A program made the position numbers and the translations under genes. DNA of 64,000 nucleotides, taken from NCBI GenBank assembly GCA_964016885.1, contig OZ024742.1, positions 46,376,001 to 46,440,000 of the forward strand, given 5' to 3'. Below the pieces are notes generated by a model. It searched no databases. It was not told the DNA's origin and was given only the letters and a program-made list of their open reading frames with translations. The stretch is from Eledone cirrhosa. Taxonomy: Eukaryota. Position 1 is the stretch's first letter. Each line of letters starts with the position of its first letter. Shown piece by piece: positions 12,442 through 25,441 of this stretch.

Positions 12442-12492
<51 letters not shown>

Positions 12493-12493
12493 A

Positions 12494-12565
<72 letters not shown>

Positions 12566-15500
12566 AAATCTAGCTGTCGTCTGTTCTACAGTGTGGATGT
12601 CATTCACTTCGCACAGAAGTTTTGTTCAAATTTATTGAGGAAATCTTGTGAGTTCAAACTTAATTTTGATACAATTGTGTAGCTTGACCCTCCGTCTGAA
12701 CTGTCAGGCGGTGGGTCAGCTCATCTTTACCCCTCCTAGAGGTGAAAAACCTGTTTTAAAAAATTTTGTGTAAAAAAATTTCAATCGTCTAACAGAAATG
12801 TTAAACGCAGCGAACGAAAATAGTGGTGGGGGGACAGCGGTAAGAGTTGTAAGCTCGCACGCTTTAGTCCCCCCTTCCTTCCCAACTAACGTCATAGAGA
12901 AGGAAGGAAAAATTAAAATAAAAACAGACGAATCTGCGGAGAAAAAAAAAAATGACGAAAACACAAATCTGGACATGGATTCCAACAACGAAAAAAAAAG
13001 TGAAGGAGAGAATGGTATTTTATCGGTAAAAATGCCTCAAGAATTCACGAAAGACATTGAAAGCCGAACGGTCAAGTTTCGGACCATCAACAACAGTACA
13101 AAAAAACCTGAACAGCCTTCTCAAGCAAATATCAAAACAGTACTCACAGAAGTACTTAATGAAACCACTTTCATAAGAAAAGACAGACTGTATGGAAGCC
13201 TAGCAATTATCATGAAGAACGAATCGGCGGCAAAAAAAATGTGCTTTGTCACCGATTCGTTCGAAAAATTTCACCTTTTATCCATCTTATATGGGGAAAA
13301 GAACTCAACGCATATGGCTGGATGCAATGATGCCAGATGTGGACTACTGCTGGCTCATAGCTGGCTTCATCGATCCAGTGAATGACAACGTGATTTCCAT
13401 TGGGAAAACCACAGGAAATGCGTTCAGTGGAACAGGTATAGAGCTGGTAGTGCAAATGAAGCCTGAACGCATCGCCCAAATACCCGACAGAATCCTATTA
13501 GAGGACCACGGGTATATAAACATTAGCGTGGAGGGGAGAAGGCCGTCCTGCCATATCTGTGCAGGAAGAGGGCACCTGAAGGCCGCTTGTCCCCAACTCA
13601 ACAAAAAGAAAACCCTGCTACCAACACCAGCTCCACCACCACCACCACAACAGATAAACAAACAACAAAACTCAGTCCCACCCAACCCGTCCCTCAGTAA
13701 AACCACAACACCACCACAACACAAACAGTCACAACACATTACCCCAAAACAAAATACAGGCCCACCCAACCTCTCACTCAATAAAACAACACAACCACCG
13801 CAGACGCAACACACAACACAGTCTAACATAGTGACATCCATCTCCCCCACAAAGAAAACCAACACGGAAACATTACCAGCAAACATACCTCTTCCCTCCA
13901 ACACTGAAGATAACCCAACGAATTCGGAGGAAGAAACGGAGTCCTTCAGACAGATTAAAAGGAAAAAAAGAAAACATGTGCAAAACACACAAGGACAAAC
14001 AACCCCCACCCAAATCTCAACACAATCCAACAAAACAGAAAACACCCCTCCAGCAACAAACAAAACCAAACCTGCCCCTCCCCTCTTCGAAACACTCACA
14101 CCATCGGAAAAAAAGACATTACACTATACTTACATCAACAGAAACAATAATAAATTAAATGAACTCATATACAATAATCCTTCGGTACAAACCGAAGGTG
14201 TAAACTTTGTTTCGTCAGAAAACTACCCACATTTAAAATTAATAAAGATCCCAATGAACCTCTACCAAAAACTAAAAAAGGATTTTAAGGAGGACGTAGG
14301 ACCACCCTCTGTCAAACCCATAAACCGCGTCCTACTAAAAAGCTTTCCCCCTCCCCTTCCCCTCCCCAACACAACTCCAAACACCCCAACCCCACCACAC
14401 ACTGACGACCCCACACCACCACAAGACACCCCTTCACCCAACACCCCCGACCCCATGGAAGTCGTGCAACCCGAACCCCGGGAAGCGGAAAGGTAGGTCT
14501 CTACACTCTCCTTTGGCTCTGCCGCCCACATGGATGTGTTAAGAGTAGGATGTTTGAAAGCACGTGGCCTGGGCTCAACTTGGAAGCAAGCAAAGCTTCT
14601 AAATGACCTCAGGTCATGTAGTATAAATGTAATGGTTATCTGTGAGACTCGAATCAGCGTCGTGCGGCAGCTGGCCCCCACCTTCGATGACTTTGAGGTG
14701 CATGCATCTCTCTGTCAACCTGGAGGTGTGGGTGTGGTTGTCGTACTGCTGCAAAAACACCTGGGTCTTGCCGTACAGGTTGTGCACTCGGACCCGGAGG
14801 GTCGTTTGTTGGTGCTAGACGTTGGCAGTAGTGAAAGTGCGGCCTTGAGACTGGTCGCCGTCTACTCCCCTTTCGGAGCTGAACGGCCCGACTTCTTCCA
14901 GCGTTTGGAGACTTTTCTGGGAACGTCGCGTTCCCTGCTTCTAGCGGGGGATTGGAATGACATCCTGGATGCACGTTGGGACTATGCAGGAGCATGTCCT
15001 AATAGAGTGGGTGTAACAGCCTCAATGGGTTACTCGACCGTTTTAACTTGGTCGATAGATATCGACTAGATTTTCCAACTGTGCCTACCTGGACTTGGAG
15101 AAACCACAGTGGTCAATCTAGATCGTACTTAGATAGATTCTTAGTTAGAAGTAAGGATAGGGACATATTAAGCTGTCCAGAAATGCGCCTGGTTGGCTAC
15201 ACGGATCACAAATTAGTGACCTGCGTGGTCAATCTCGAGAAAACACATAGACAGGGTCCCGGTTACTGGAAACTTAATTTGTCTTTACCGGCAAAAGAGA
15301 CTTACAGAAACCGGATTAGCAGATTAGTTAAGGAGAGGTTGACGGGTGCAATCGTCAACAACCGATTGTGGGCATCTCTCAAAAGAGAGATTAGAACAGA
15401 ATCAATAAGTTATAGCAAGATGTTAGCTGCCGATAGGAATAGAAACGAGAAAGAATCAACAGGTAAATTAGAAGAGGCAATCAAGAGCGAAGATGTGGCC

Positions 15501-18179
15501 AGAGTGCTGGCATCGAGGACGGCCTTGAACCAGTTTTTCGATGCAAAGCACGAAGGCTGCGTCATTCGAAGTAAAATACGTGCTCTAGGTAATGAGGGCG
15601 CCAAAGCCGTTGGATGGGCCCGCGTGACAGAAGTTAAGAGTGGAAATCGATCCATCATCCGGTCGTTGCAAGACGAAGATGGACGGGTGATCCGGGAGCC
15701 TAAGCAGATGTGCGAGGCCTTTCAAAGGCACTTTGCCCGATTGTTCGGGGGAGGCGAGGGTCCGGGCGGGGGCGTGGATTTCGGTCCATACCTCGACGGC
15801 CTGCCGCGTCTCTCGAGCGAAGAGGCAGAGTCCTGCGAGGGACCAATCTCGGCTGATGAGATCGGAGATGCGCTGAGCCAATGCAGCAGACGCAAATCTC
15901 CAGGTCTCGATGGTATACCTTACGAACTTTATTTAGCAATGCCGGTCTTCTTCTCCGAACTCCTCGAAGCGGTCTACTGCAATTGGCAGCAGAACGGGAG
16001 AATTCCTTGTTCTGTAGCCAAGGGCGTAGTCACGCTGGTGAGGAAGGACGAGAACAAGGGGGATAGTATAAATAATTTTCGGCCCATAACCCTGCTAAAC
16101 ACAGAGTTAAAGATTTTGGCCAAGGTGTTAGCAAAGAGGTTGGCGCTTGTCGTGGGTGGCCTGGTGGGAGATGCGCAGACATGTGCTATCCCATCCAGGT
16201 CCATTCACGATAACCTCCACATCATGCGATACATCATAGAGAGGGTTGGCAACAAACCCGGCTTCGGTGGGGCCCTGATCAACTTAGATCAGTCTAAGGC
16301 CTTCGATAGGGTCGACCATGGTTACCTGGATGCGGTGCTAGCGGCGGCTGGGTTCGGTCCTGTTTTCAGAGGCTGGATCACTGCCCTACATAAGGAACCA
16401 CATCTGTTCTAGGATCAAAGTGAACGGCTACCTTTCGAAGCCGTTCGAAATCACACGATCCATTCGACAGGGGTGCCCTCTCTCCTCCCTTCTGTACGTA
16501 TTGACTCTCGAGCCTTTACTGAGGAAGTTGGAGTTGTTGCAGGGTATCCCCCTGGAACAAGGATTGAGCAAAGCGGTCGGCCTACGCCGATGGCGTAACA
16601 GTAATGGTATCGACCGACTCGGAGATCGAGGCGATCGGTACCTTACTGGAGGAGTACGAAAGGTTGTCAGGAGCGAAACAGAACCGGGAAAAATCCATCG
16701 GGCTGCAACTCGGAACGTGGAGAGGCAGACCGATGCCTCCTGACGGTGTCGTCGGACACTGGACGGAGGGCCCGGTAAAGTTGCTTGGGGTCTGGTTTGG
16801 ACCGGACCTCCAGGTGGAAAAGAACTGGAACGAGGTTACGAACAAGGTGTTTGCACTAACCCAGAAATGGGCCAAGTGTAAGCTGTCCCTAAAAGGCCGG
16901 GCGGAGGTGGCGAACATTTACATAGCGTCCGTCACTTACTACCGCCTGACTGTCGTGCCTTGCCCTAAGGAAACACTCACCACCATGGAACGCATGCTCT
17001 TCCAATTTCTTTGGAAGAAGCGCCCTCCTATGGTGAGAAGATCCATCTGCTGCCAACAACCTTCGAAGGGAGGGCTGGGGATGCCGTGGTTGATGATGCG
17101 TAGGCACGCATTAAGGCTACGGCACCTACAGGTATTCCTCACTGGTCAACCGGTGTGGGCTCCGTTCGTGAAACGAGCCTTTCCGAGACTCGTCTCGCTC
17201 ACCGAGCTACAGTCCTGGGTCAAGAAAAGATCCGGAAAACTGAGAGACTGGCACACTGAGTGTGCTCAGGCGCTCAGGGCTCTCTGGCAAGCGGGCCAGG
17301 CCATCGGTGGAGAATCCACCTCATCATTCTATAGAGGGCTGGTGGCTAGCAGGGGCGATGACACCCTTGGAGAGTCGCTGGACATGGAAGAAGACGAACT
17401 GGCCAGCCTGTTCGGTAGGACTTTTGGCCCAGGACCAATGGACAACTTCCAGAAGCCACTGGCCTGGCAGTGCTACCGGGGGGCTCTACCCGTTCGAGAG
17501 AGGCTCTACAGACACGGGCGCCCGGGCAGGGATCCCTCAAAAAAGATTTTCCCTAGATGCGTGCGTCACGAAGAAACCGTTGCGCACGCATCGGTGCAAT
17601 GTCCGGGCGTGGCTGATCTGTGGGGCTACGCCGAACGACTGCTGTCGCGGGTGGCGCCGATTAAATTGACCGCCGAGTCCGTGATGACAATCAAACCGCC
17701 TCCCCTCTTCACAAAGGAAGCAAAGGCGGTCTTTCTGTGCGTAATAGCCATGTTGAAAGAGGTTGTTTGGTGGACACGATTGAAAGGTCTGAGGTCAGGC
17801 AACTTCCTCTCTGGCCATAGTCTGGTCTACTTCTTCCGATATCACTTCGGAAGAAGGATAAGAATGGAGAGAGAGGTGCTTGGCCACAGGCAGTTTTATG
17901 AAAGGTGGGTGATAGTGGCGAGAATGGCTCGTGTAAATGGGCCTTCTCTGTATACCATCCTGTAGGTAAAGAAGTAAAGGAGAGGGGAGCACCTTCTCCA
18001 TGTGCTCCCCGGGCAAAGGATTGCACACTTTTTCGGGGGTGTGTGCAACCCCCATCACGTCCCCTCCCTTTTGAGGTTATTTTCGATTATTTTCATGTTA
18101 CACCCTTTTTACTCGATTATATGTAAACTCCCCCTTTGTATTTGTCCCTTCTTTTTATGCCTTTATGGTAAATAAAGAA

Positions 18180-18180
<1 letters not shown>
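12566..18180 (+). mobile_element. Copy D1: near-full-length Tx1-like LINE, subfamily D, multiple frameshifts
   Basis: ORF1 pieces 12798-13385 and 13246-14496 (CHICAGRGHLKAAC; ~190-nt deletion at ~13000 relative to D2); ORF2 pieces 14530-17965; ends AATAAAGAAA, then TATC. Confidence 0.95.
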
Positions 18181-18214
<34 letters not shown>

Positions 18215-18252
18215 CATCCATCCATCCCTCTATCTATATACGTATATATGTA

Positions 18253-18317
<65 letters not shown>

Positions 18318-19075
18318 CTGTCGAAACGGTCGGAGCTCAGCCGTCGTGGTTCTGACTCTTTTCCTATATATATATATATATATATATATATGCATATCAC
18401 ACACACATATATGCAAACTGCCAGTTATTTCGATGGTTAGTTACAGAGAGTGATATATATTGTTATTCGTTAATCAAAACAGACTGAAACGTCATTATCA
18501 AGTTAACTGGAAGTTCAATAACCTATACTCAATATACGTACTTGTTTTGATACAATTAACTTAGACCATACAGAATAAGTATTGTAACTTATTTTCTTTG
18601 TTTAATATACATACACACGTACATACATACAGGATGTCAGATTATAGAGGTTGGTGCAGGTGAACAGCTGTACTGATGAAGGACAGATACATTAGTGTCT
18701 GCAGTTCTGTTTACATGCCAACACAAGAGCAAGAATGAAGGGTTCATCTACTCACATGGCCTTGAAAATTAGGGTTGTTTGCATAATTGCAAACGAATCG
18801 AATGTTATTATCAATATTCGAAAAACTCAGATTGCATTTATTGTATTCAGCCATGTAGAGCGAACATTTTTTAAATTATATATATATATATATATACAAT
18901 ATTAAATAAATGGAAACTATATTTATAAAACCATATTTATTTCATTATATATATTTCAGGGATAACATATTAACAATATGCTATGCCTTCCTCAGACAAA
19001 ATACAATATAAACAGTTTTATAGATAAATAGATTCGACATACCGTAACAACATCTACTTGCATTTGAGAAGGTTG

Positions 19076-19169
<94 letters not shown>

Positions 19170-19880
19170 AGAGAAATAAGATTTCGTTCAAGCATAGCTT
19201 TATACAATATGTATAGAAATTTCGTATTTCTAAGAAATACGGTTTTAGGAAGCCGTAGCTATGCAAACACCGGGGCTGACGCCATCTGGTGGTGTCCAGC
19301 AGAAGCAAGGCGGACAACCGTCTATGCATTTCAGGCATGACTGGCTTTCGTCAGGACGGTCCCTCCCACCGCTTGCTACTGCTGGACACATCGCTTAAAA
19401 ATATCCTTCTTCAGATGGGTTAAGGATGAGGAGTGAAACCGTGCACCGGATCTCCCTGCAACAAGTCTTAACACCCCGGCGGGCAGGCGCTGCAAAATAA
19501 CACCCAGGAAACTCTCCTTGCATACCAGACCCAGCCTCAAACGACTCAGACAAACAGATGCGGCAAAAAAAACTCTCAAAATAAGCGTTGATTACATGCG
19601 TATCGACAATGTTAAGGTTGTAACCTCATCTCGTAGCGGATAATAAATTTGTCCGGGAAAGACTTCCCTAACACCGGCCAGAGTTACCTCCCTTGACCTG
19701 CTGCAAAATCAAAACAAGCTATTTTTGCGAGCAATGAACCTTGACGTGGATTTAACCCACAAAACTCTTTCCGAGCAATGTAAGGAACACTTTTGATTAT
19801 TTATGCCCTTGAGAAGCCCAACTGGGTGAAACGTACGTAGGTGCTGTTTTAAATAAACATGTTTTAACGGTCTATTCTCC
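19170..19880. mobile_element. Unclassified repeat between (TA)n tracts, with a degenerate hammerhead-like motif at 19805-19844 (possible Penelope-type terminal repeat)
   Basis: gccc-TTGAGAA-gcccaactgggt-GAAA-cgtacg-TA-ggtgc; the core deviates from CUGANGA at two positions. Confidence 0.35.
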
Positions 19881-19898
19881 GATTTCTTACTTTTCCAC

Positions 19899-19934
<36 letters not shown>

Positions 19935-20254
19935 ATTTCTAAAGAATGAAACAGTTCTAGTCCTGTAGAATCTCATCTATATTATATATATATATATATA
20001 ATAACTAGGAATTGATCAACATATATATAAATAAATATAAACATGAAAAATCACAGGAGATAATTTCTACAAGCGTGTAACCACGCATGGCTAGTAGGTA
20101 ACAAGTAAATAAAGTTAACTAGAACTTCAAAAATATATACCTTTTAATGATTAATCTTCCCTTTCCGGGCGATATGGCGCATTCCGTTAAGGAATGACAC
20201 CCACAATTTCGATTCTGATTGAATTCTTTTAATCTATCTTAATTTTGGATATAA

Positions 20255-20310
<56 letters not shown>

Positions 20311-20485
20311 AGGTGTATTATTGGTTGTGTCAAACGGTCCAATAAATTTTTGTTACCAATATTAAGTTCTCTACGCTTTTGTATATCTCCAATTCCATTT
20401 ATGGGAACAGCTAGATGATGTAAAACGGAGTATTTGTATCAAAATAAAGATCCGAAGGCATGGTATAAATTTCCAATCATTTTAA

Positions 20486-20559
20486 TCACGACACATGTTT
20501 CAATAAGAGATAGATCATTCGTGTAGCTATGATCGATTATCACTGATCTCGTCAGGTGA
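20486..20559 (-). ncRNA. Hammerhead ribozyme (type I, minimal stem III)
   Basis: Minus strand: tcac-CTGACGA-(long stem II region)-GAAA-catgtg-TC-gtga; intact core, GUC cleavage triplet, TCAC/GTGA stem I. Confidence 0.7.
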
Positions 20560-20648
20560 AAATGAATTGTCTTCAAATTCTTGATATGAGGGAGAAAATT
20601 AACGATGTTCACTCACAGAGTTTAGTCCCTCTCTGTGAGTGAACATCG

Positions 20649-21061
20649 TTAATTTGTTAACATGTTTGCATCTTTGAGTTGCCAGATTTTATTGGTGAGA
20701 GTCATTGTCTTTGAGAGATTCCTGTTAGTCATAGAGTGTCTATGTATGTACCACCTTTTCTTAAACTCCCCAGCTGTGGAACCAATGTAATGCCATGCTA
20801 TGCTACCTGCATTTATAGTACATAGGTATACTATATTTGTCTCTAGGCATCTATTTTGCAAACATGGAATATAAAATCAGCTGGACAAAGCTATCAAAAG
20901 CAAAGGCATATCAAATTGGTATGTCCCACTGTGGTCTCTGTAATATGGAACTTTTCCAAATTTTAAATTACAACAAAATTCTTCTTAACAGTAAAATTGA
21001 AAAAGCAATTTTTTGTCGACATAAATCGGCGACTAAATTTGAGAACTTTAGACCAGCTTAA
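20649..21061. mobile_element. Penelope-like GIY-YIG endonuclease fragment with its 5' part inverted
   Basis: Minus 20649-20861 reads NIVYLC..YIGST..FKKRWYIH..KIWQLKDANM; plus ~20858-21061 continues ANMEYKISW..CGLCNME..LLNSK..CRH; colinear with the 23752 ORF. Confidence 0.85.
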
Positions 21062-21909
21062 TTCCATCTTATCTATTCCATGACCCAGATTGTACCACTT
21101 GGATCTATTATGATATCACATTATCAACATCATCATCATTATAATGATAATTATAATTATAATTGTCATCATCTATCAAAGAACAACATCAAAACCTCTT
21201 ATATTTACATTCTTATTTTATATATCTCTATTTTTCACTCTTTATCTTTATATTTCTCTCCCTAAATTTATTTCATCTCTGTCATTTTATTTTATCATAT
21301 AATATAACTTAAAAGTAATTAATTTATTTATTTATTAAAATAACCAATACACACATAAATATATTTAACATTATCATATTTTCACCTTATTATCTCTCTA
21401 TATATTTCAACAATTCTCAAAAACCATTCTTACTAATTTTAATATGTTTAAATATTCTTCGCACATTTTTACTCTTTTTACTCCTTTTACGTATTTATTT
21501 TTATTCTTCATTTTTCACATTTTATACCATTTTATATCACATTAGATATAACTTATTTATTTATTTATTTATTTATCAATTTTTATATTTTTTTTTTATA
21601 TACTTATTCATATATTTTTTATATATAAACTTTTATTTTTATTTACATTTATTCAAGTTTGCAATTTTCAACTGTTGAAAATTGCAAACTTGACTGTCAC
21701 CACAGAATATGAACCTCAAGATTGCGAAAGCATGAAAGTACTTATTAAATTAACACTTAACATTTAATATTCTATCATACTATTTCATTCTAATACCATT
21801 ATACATTTTAAAGGATTGTAAATAAAACGAGTAAATCAGACAAAGTTGGAATTCCTTTTATTAATATAATCTTCTATACACAATCATACACTCCCGTGTA
21901 TATATATAC

Positions 21910-22165
21910 GCGAGCCTCCCAAATGTCAGCTCGAAAGTTACACAGAGGAGACTGAGGCTAGCTGGACATGCTCACCGACATACCGACATTCAGAGTTGAC
22001 ACTGCACTCAGTGCTCCTGTGGGAGCCCCTGCACGGGCACACTAGAAGAGGGAGACCGAGGTTGACATATGTTGATGCCCTAATGACACAGGTCTCTTAG
22101 AGACGCAGGACATGGCAGCGATGATGAGGGACAGAGACCGCTGGAGAGAACTCGGCCATGGGCCC
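21910..22165 (+). mobile_element. 3' fragment of an RTE/RTEX-type LINE within (TA)n
   Basis: Translates (with indels) as QRRLRLAGH..VLLWEP.HG..RRGRPRLTYVD..MRDRDRWR, a typical RTE-like C-terminus. Confidence 0.75.
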
Positions 22166-23254
22166 TATATATATATACATGCATACATACATATATGTGT
22201 GTATGTATGTGTGCATGTATGTTTGTGTATTCGTATACATGTACATGCATATGTGTATAAATAAGTATTCAGATGTTTAGATCCATTTATAACTGTCTGA
22301 AATCCGTGTAGAAGTTCGAAAAGAAAAGAAAACATTGCGACTAGCAGCAATGATAACAACGAAAACCCCACAATGGAACTGCAATAAGAGAGAAAAATGA
22401 ATATATAACATTTCAGCCAAATTTTATATCATGTCTTCTTATCCTTAACATGATGCAGTAGTGTATAATTCATTAAATCTTCAATTCACCCCTCAGCACA
22501 TACAGTTATTTTTCAAGTACAAGTTTCTATTTGTAGTAACAAACTTTCCTATTAGATACTTACGAATGTTAGTAGAGATTTACATCCATAACCTAAGAGT
22601 TACCGGAAACAAAATCCGATGTTTGAAATTTTAGGGACGCCATTTGCATCGATTTCTTTCACTAACATTACCTATATTTACATCTTGTTTTGGAAGCTAA
22701 AAGGAAAGTACTCCAAGATATTTTATATGATTTTACATTAAAAAATAAATGAGAAACAATAAAAGCAGCTCGTAGAAATGAAGAACAGCAATATATTTAC
22801 AGATTGAAAGGTGGTAGTAAAATTTAAGGTTTCTTTAAAACAGATCCGCTAAAATCAGGTTTGATGTTTTTGAAATACTTAAGGAATTCCCCTCAAGTTA
22901 TAAGTTTTTGCACATAATACAGGATTTAAATAAGTAATGTAGAGGAAAGGAGTTTTAGTTAAATAATATGTGAATCCGTGTATGTGTATCAACATGAGTT
23001 GTCTCTTCGAAGGTAGGGGTGAAGACATATGTGTGTGTGAGTGTGTTTATGTGTGCGAGTCAAATCATGATAGGTACTTACCTCATCGACCATAATGGAA
23101 TTCGAAATTAGATTAGATAGGCAACAAAGTGAACATTATAGAATATCATGCTTAGCTATAGCTTATCTGTCTGTAGTCTTGAGGTAGAGCATGACAGGAC
23201 GACATTCCATAGACTTTAATATTAGAAATTTATTTGCTATCTTCGGATAAAATG

Positions 23255-23500
23255 CCACTGTAATATTTATAAAGTACCAGTAATGAACTGGGTAATTGCT
23301 GGCCTTGTGCCTAAAGTAGAAACAAATATTTATTCTGGCTTTTAACATTCTAAGTTTAATTCGCACCGAGATCAAATTTTCCTTTCATCGTTTTGGGGGT
23401 CGATAAAATGAAGAACCAGTCAAGTACTGGTATTGATTTAATCAACTTTGCCCTTTCCCAAAATTATTTCTGTTATATTGCCTAAATAATAAACCAATAG
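23255..23500 (+). mobile_element. Two decayed SINE fragments, same family as 34825-35012
   Basis: Shares aaagtaccagtaat..ctgggtaattgctggccttgtgcc and cctttcatc..ggggtcgataaaat with the reverse complement of the 34.8-kb SINE. Confidence 0.7.
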
Positions 23501-23751
23501 GGAACATTTATAAAAAAAAAATTGTACTTACTTGGCAACGTGCGGAAGGAGACCTTTGAATTTAACTCACACAAGGCTTTGATGATAACCTACACGAACA
23601 TTCGTTACCTTTCTTGGTGAATAGGATTTTTATATTCGAAATATCCCGATCATTAAATATTTTGAAAGTAACAATTCAATAACTTTGTTCTTATATCTAA
23701 TTGTATTTATTACTACATTGCTGTATCCAATAAACATGCTGCATTATATTC

Positions 23752-24486
23752 ATGCATAATATATATATCCTACTCCCCCCTAAAACTAACCATAATAACA
23801 GGAAAAGGAAGATTATTTGGTTCACACCCCCCTTCTCTCTAACTGTCAAAACTAATGTAGGAGGGAAATTCCTTGAACTATTAGACAAACATTTTCCTCC
23901 TATTCATAGATATTATAAGATTTTTAATAGGAATGTAGTTAAGATCAGCTACTCTTGTTGCCCATCCATGAAGTCCAAAATCACCAGTTCAAACCGTACG
24001 AGGATAAATCCAGGATGCAGTTGCAGGAAGCCGGATGAATGCCCATTGCAGGGTAAATGTAACACAAAATCTGTCGTTTATGAGGCTAAGATAACGCCAG
24101 TTATCAACAACCAGCCAGCCAGGAGTGAGCGATATGTCGGTATGACCCAGGACAGGTTTAAAACCAGATTTTACTCACATGTCGCTTCTTTTAAGCACTC
24201 TGATAAACGAACATCAACGGCCCTCGCAAGTAAGGTATGGGATCTCAAGGATAGTAATATCCCGTACTCTATTGATTGGTCTATATTAGACCATTCGAGG
24301 GAGTACCAAAGGGGCACAAAGAATTGTTCTTTGTGCACCACAGAAAAGTATAGGATTTTGCTAAACTTGAGAGCCACTTCCGCTTGCCTTAACTCAAAGA
24401 CTGAGATCTTCAGATGCTGTCCTCATCTGAAATCGCATCTGATCTGTAACTGGATTGACACTCCTATGAGAAATCAACCGCCTTGA
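23752..24486 (+). CDS. 5'-truncated Penelope-like element ORF (RT C-terminus, Cys linker, GIY-YIG endonuclease)
   Basis: RKRKIIWFTPPFS, CSCRKPDECPLQGKC, SVVYEA..YVGMT..FKTRFYSH, CSLCTTEK, LNSKTE..CPH. Confidence 0.9.
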   Translation: MHNIYILLPPKTNHNNRKRKIIWFTPPFSLTVKTNVGGKFLELLDKHFPPIHRYYKIFNRNVVKISYSCCPSMKSKITSSNRTRINPGCSCRKPDECPLQGKCNTKSVVYEAKITPVINNQPARSERYVGMTQDRFKTRFYSHVASFKHSDKRTSTALASKVWDLKDSNIPYSIDWSILDHSREYQRGTKNCSLCTTEKYRILLNLRATSACLNSKTEIFRCCPHLKSHLICNWIDTPMRNQPP

Positions 24487-24649
24487 ACTCCTTCTCTGCT
24501 CTTTACTTTTGCTACGGTTTTTATTTTGCTGACTCTACCTTCTGTACTCTTGTATATTTACAACATTTTTTTCTCCATTACCTCCCCTTATATTTTACCT
24601 TCTCTTATGCCCCCCCCCCATATATTCTTTTTGTCTTGCCCTTCACATA

Positions 24650-24727
24650 CCTATGTGTATGTGTATGTATTTTTGTGTGTATATATATATGTATATATAT
24701 ATATATGTATATATGTATGTATATATT

Positions 24728-24781
<54 letters not shown>

Positions 24782-25057
24782 CATGTGTGTATGTGTGTAT
24801 ATAATTGTATATTTGTGTGTGTATATGTATGTATATGTGGATAAACCAGGCTTTTTTTCATTCTGAAGATTGAAGGAAACTTTTTTTGCTTTTAAGAAAC
24901 CTCTGGTGAATGGATTAATTGCCTTGTGTTGCTTTATTACTTTACTACTATATATACGTTTATGTAAGGTTCATTTGTCTTATCTAATACTGAGCTTTAC
25001 ACATACACACATGTATATGTGTGTGTGTATGTGTATGCATGTGTGTATGTGTACGTG

Positions 25058-25132
<75 letters not shown>

Positions 25133-25350
25133 ATATATATATGTATGTATGTATATGTGTGCGTGTGTATTTATTTATTTTTATGTATGTGTGGGTGTGT
25201 GTGTGTGTGTGTGTGTGTGTTTGTATTTGGTTGTGCGTGCTTTTGATATATACGTATTTGCATGTGTATAATTGTTTAGCTATGTATGTATGTGTGTTTA
25301 CGTATATATATGTGTGTGTGTGTGTGTGCGTTTATATTTTTATATTTTTG

Positions 25351-25441
<91 letters not shown>

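Noticed and set aside
798-18213. CRISPR-like or prokaryotic retron interpretation of repeat-spacer-RT architecture
   Set aside because: The repeats are microsatellites, the spacers are kb-long LINE copies, the RT is non-LTR type, and there are no cas genes.
18672-18710. CTGATGA followed by a small hairpin
   Set aside because: No GAAA or NUH at the required position, so not a hammerhead.
20073-20097. GCGTG/CACGC hairpin followed by CTAG-T (Helitron-like 3' end)
   Set aside because: Hairpin is short, spacing is atypical, and no 5' end or second copy is visible.
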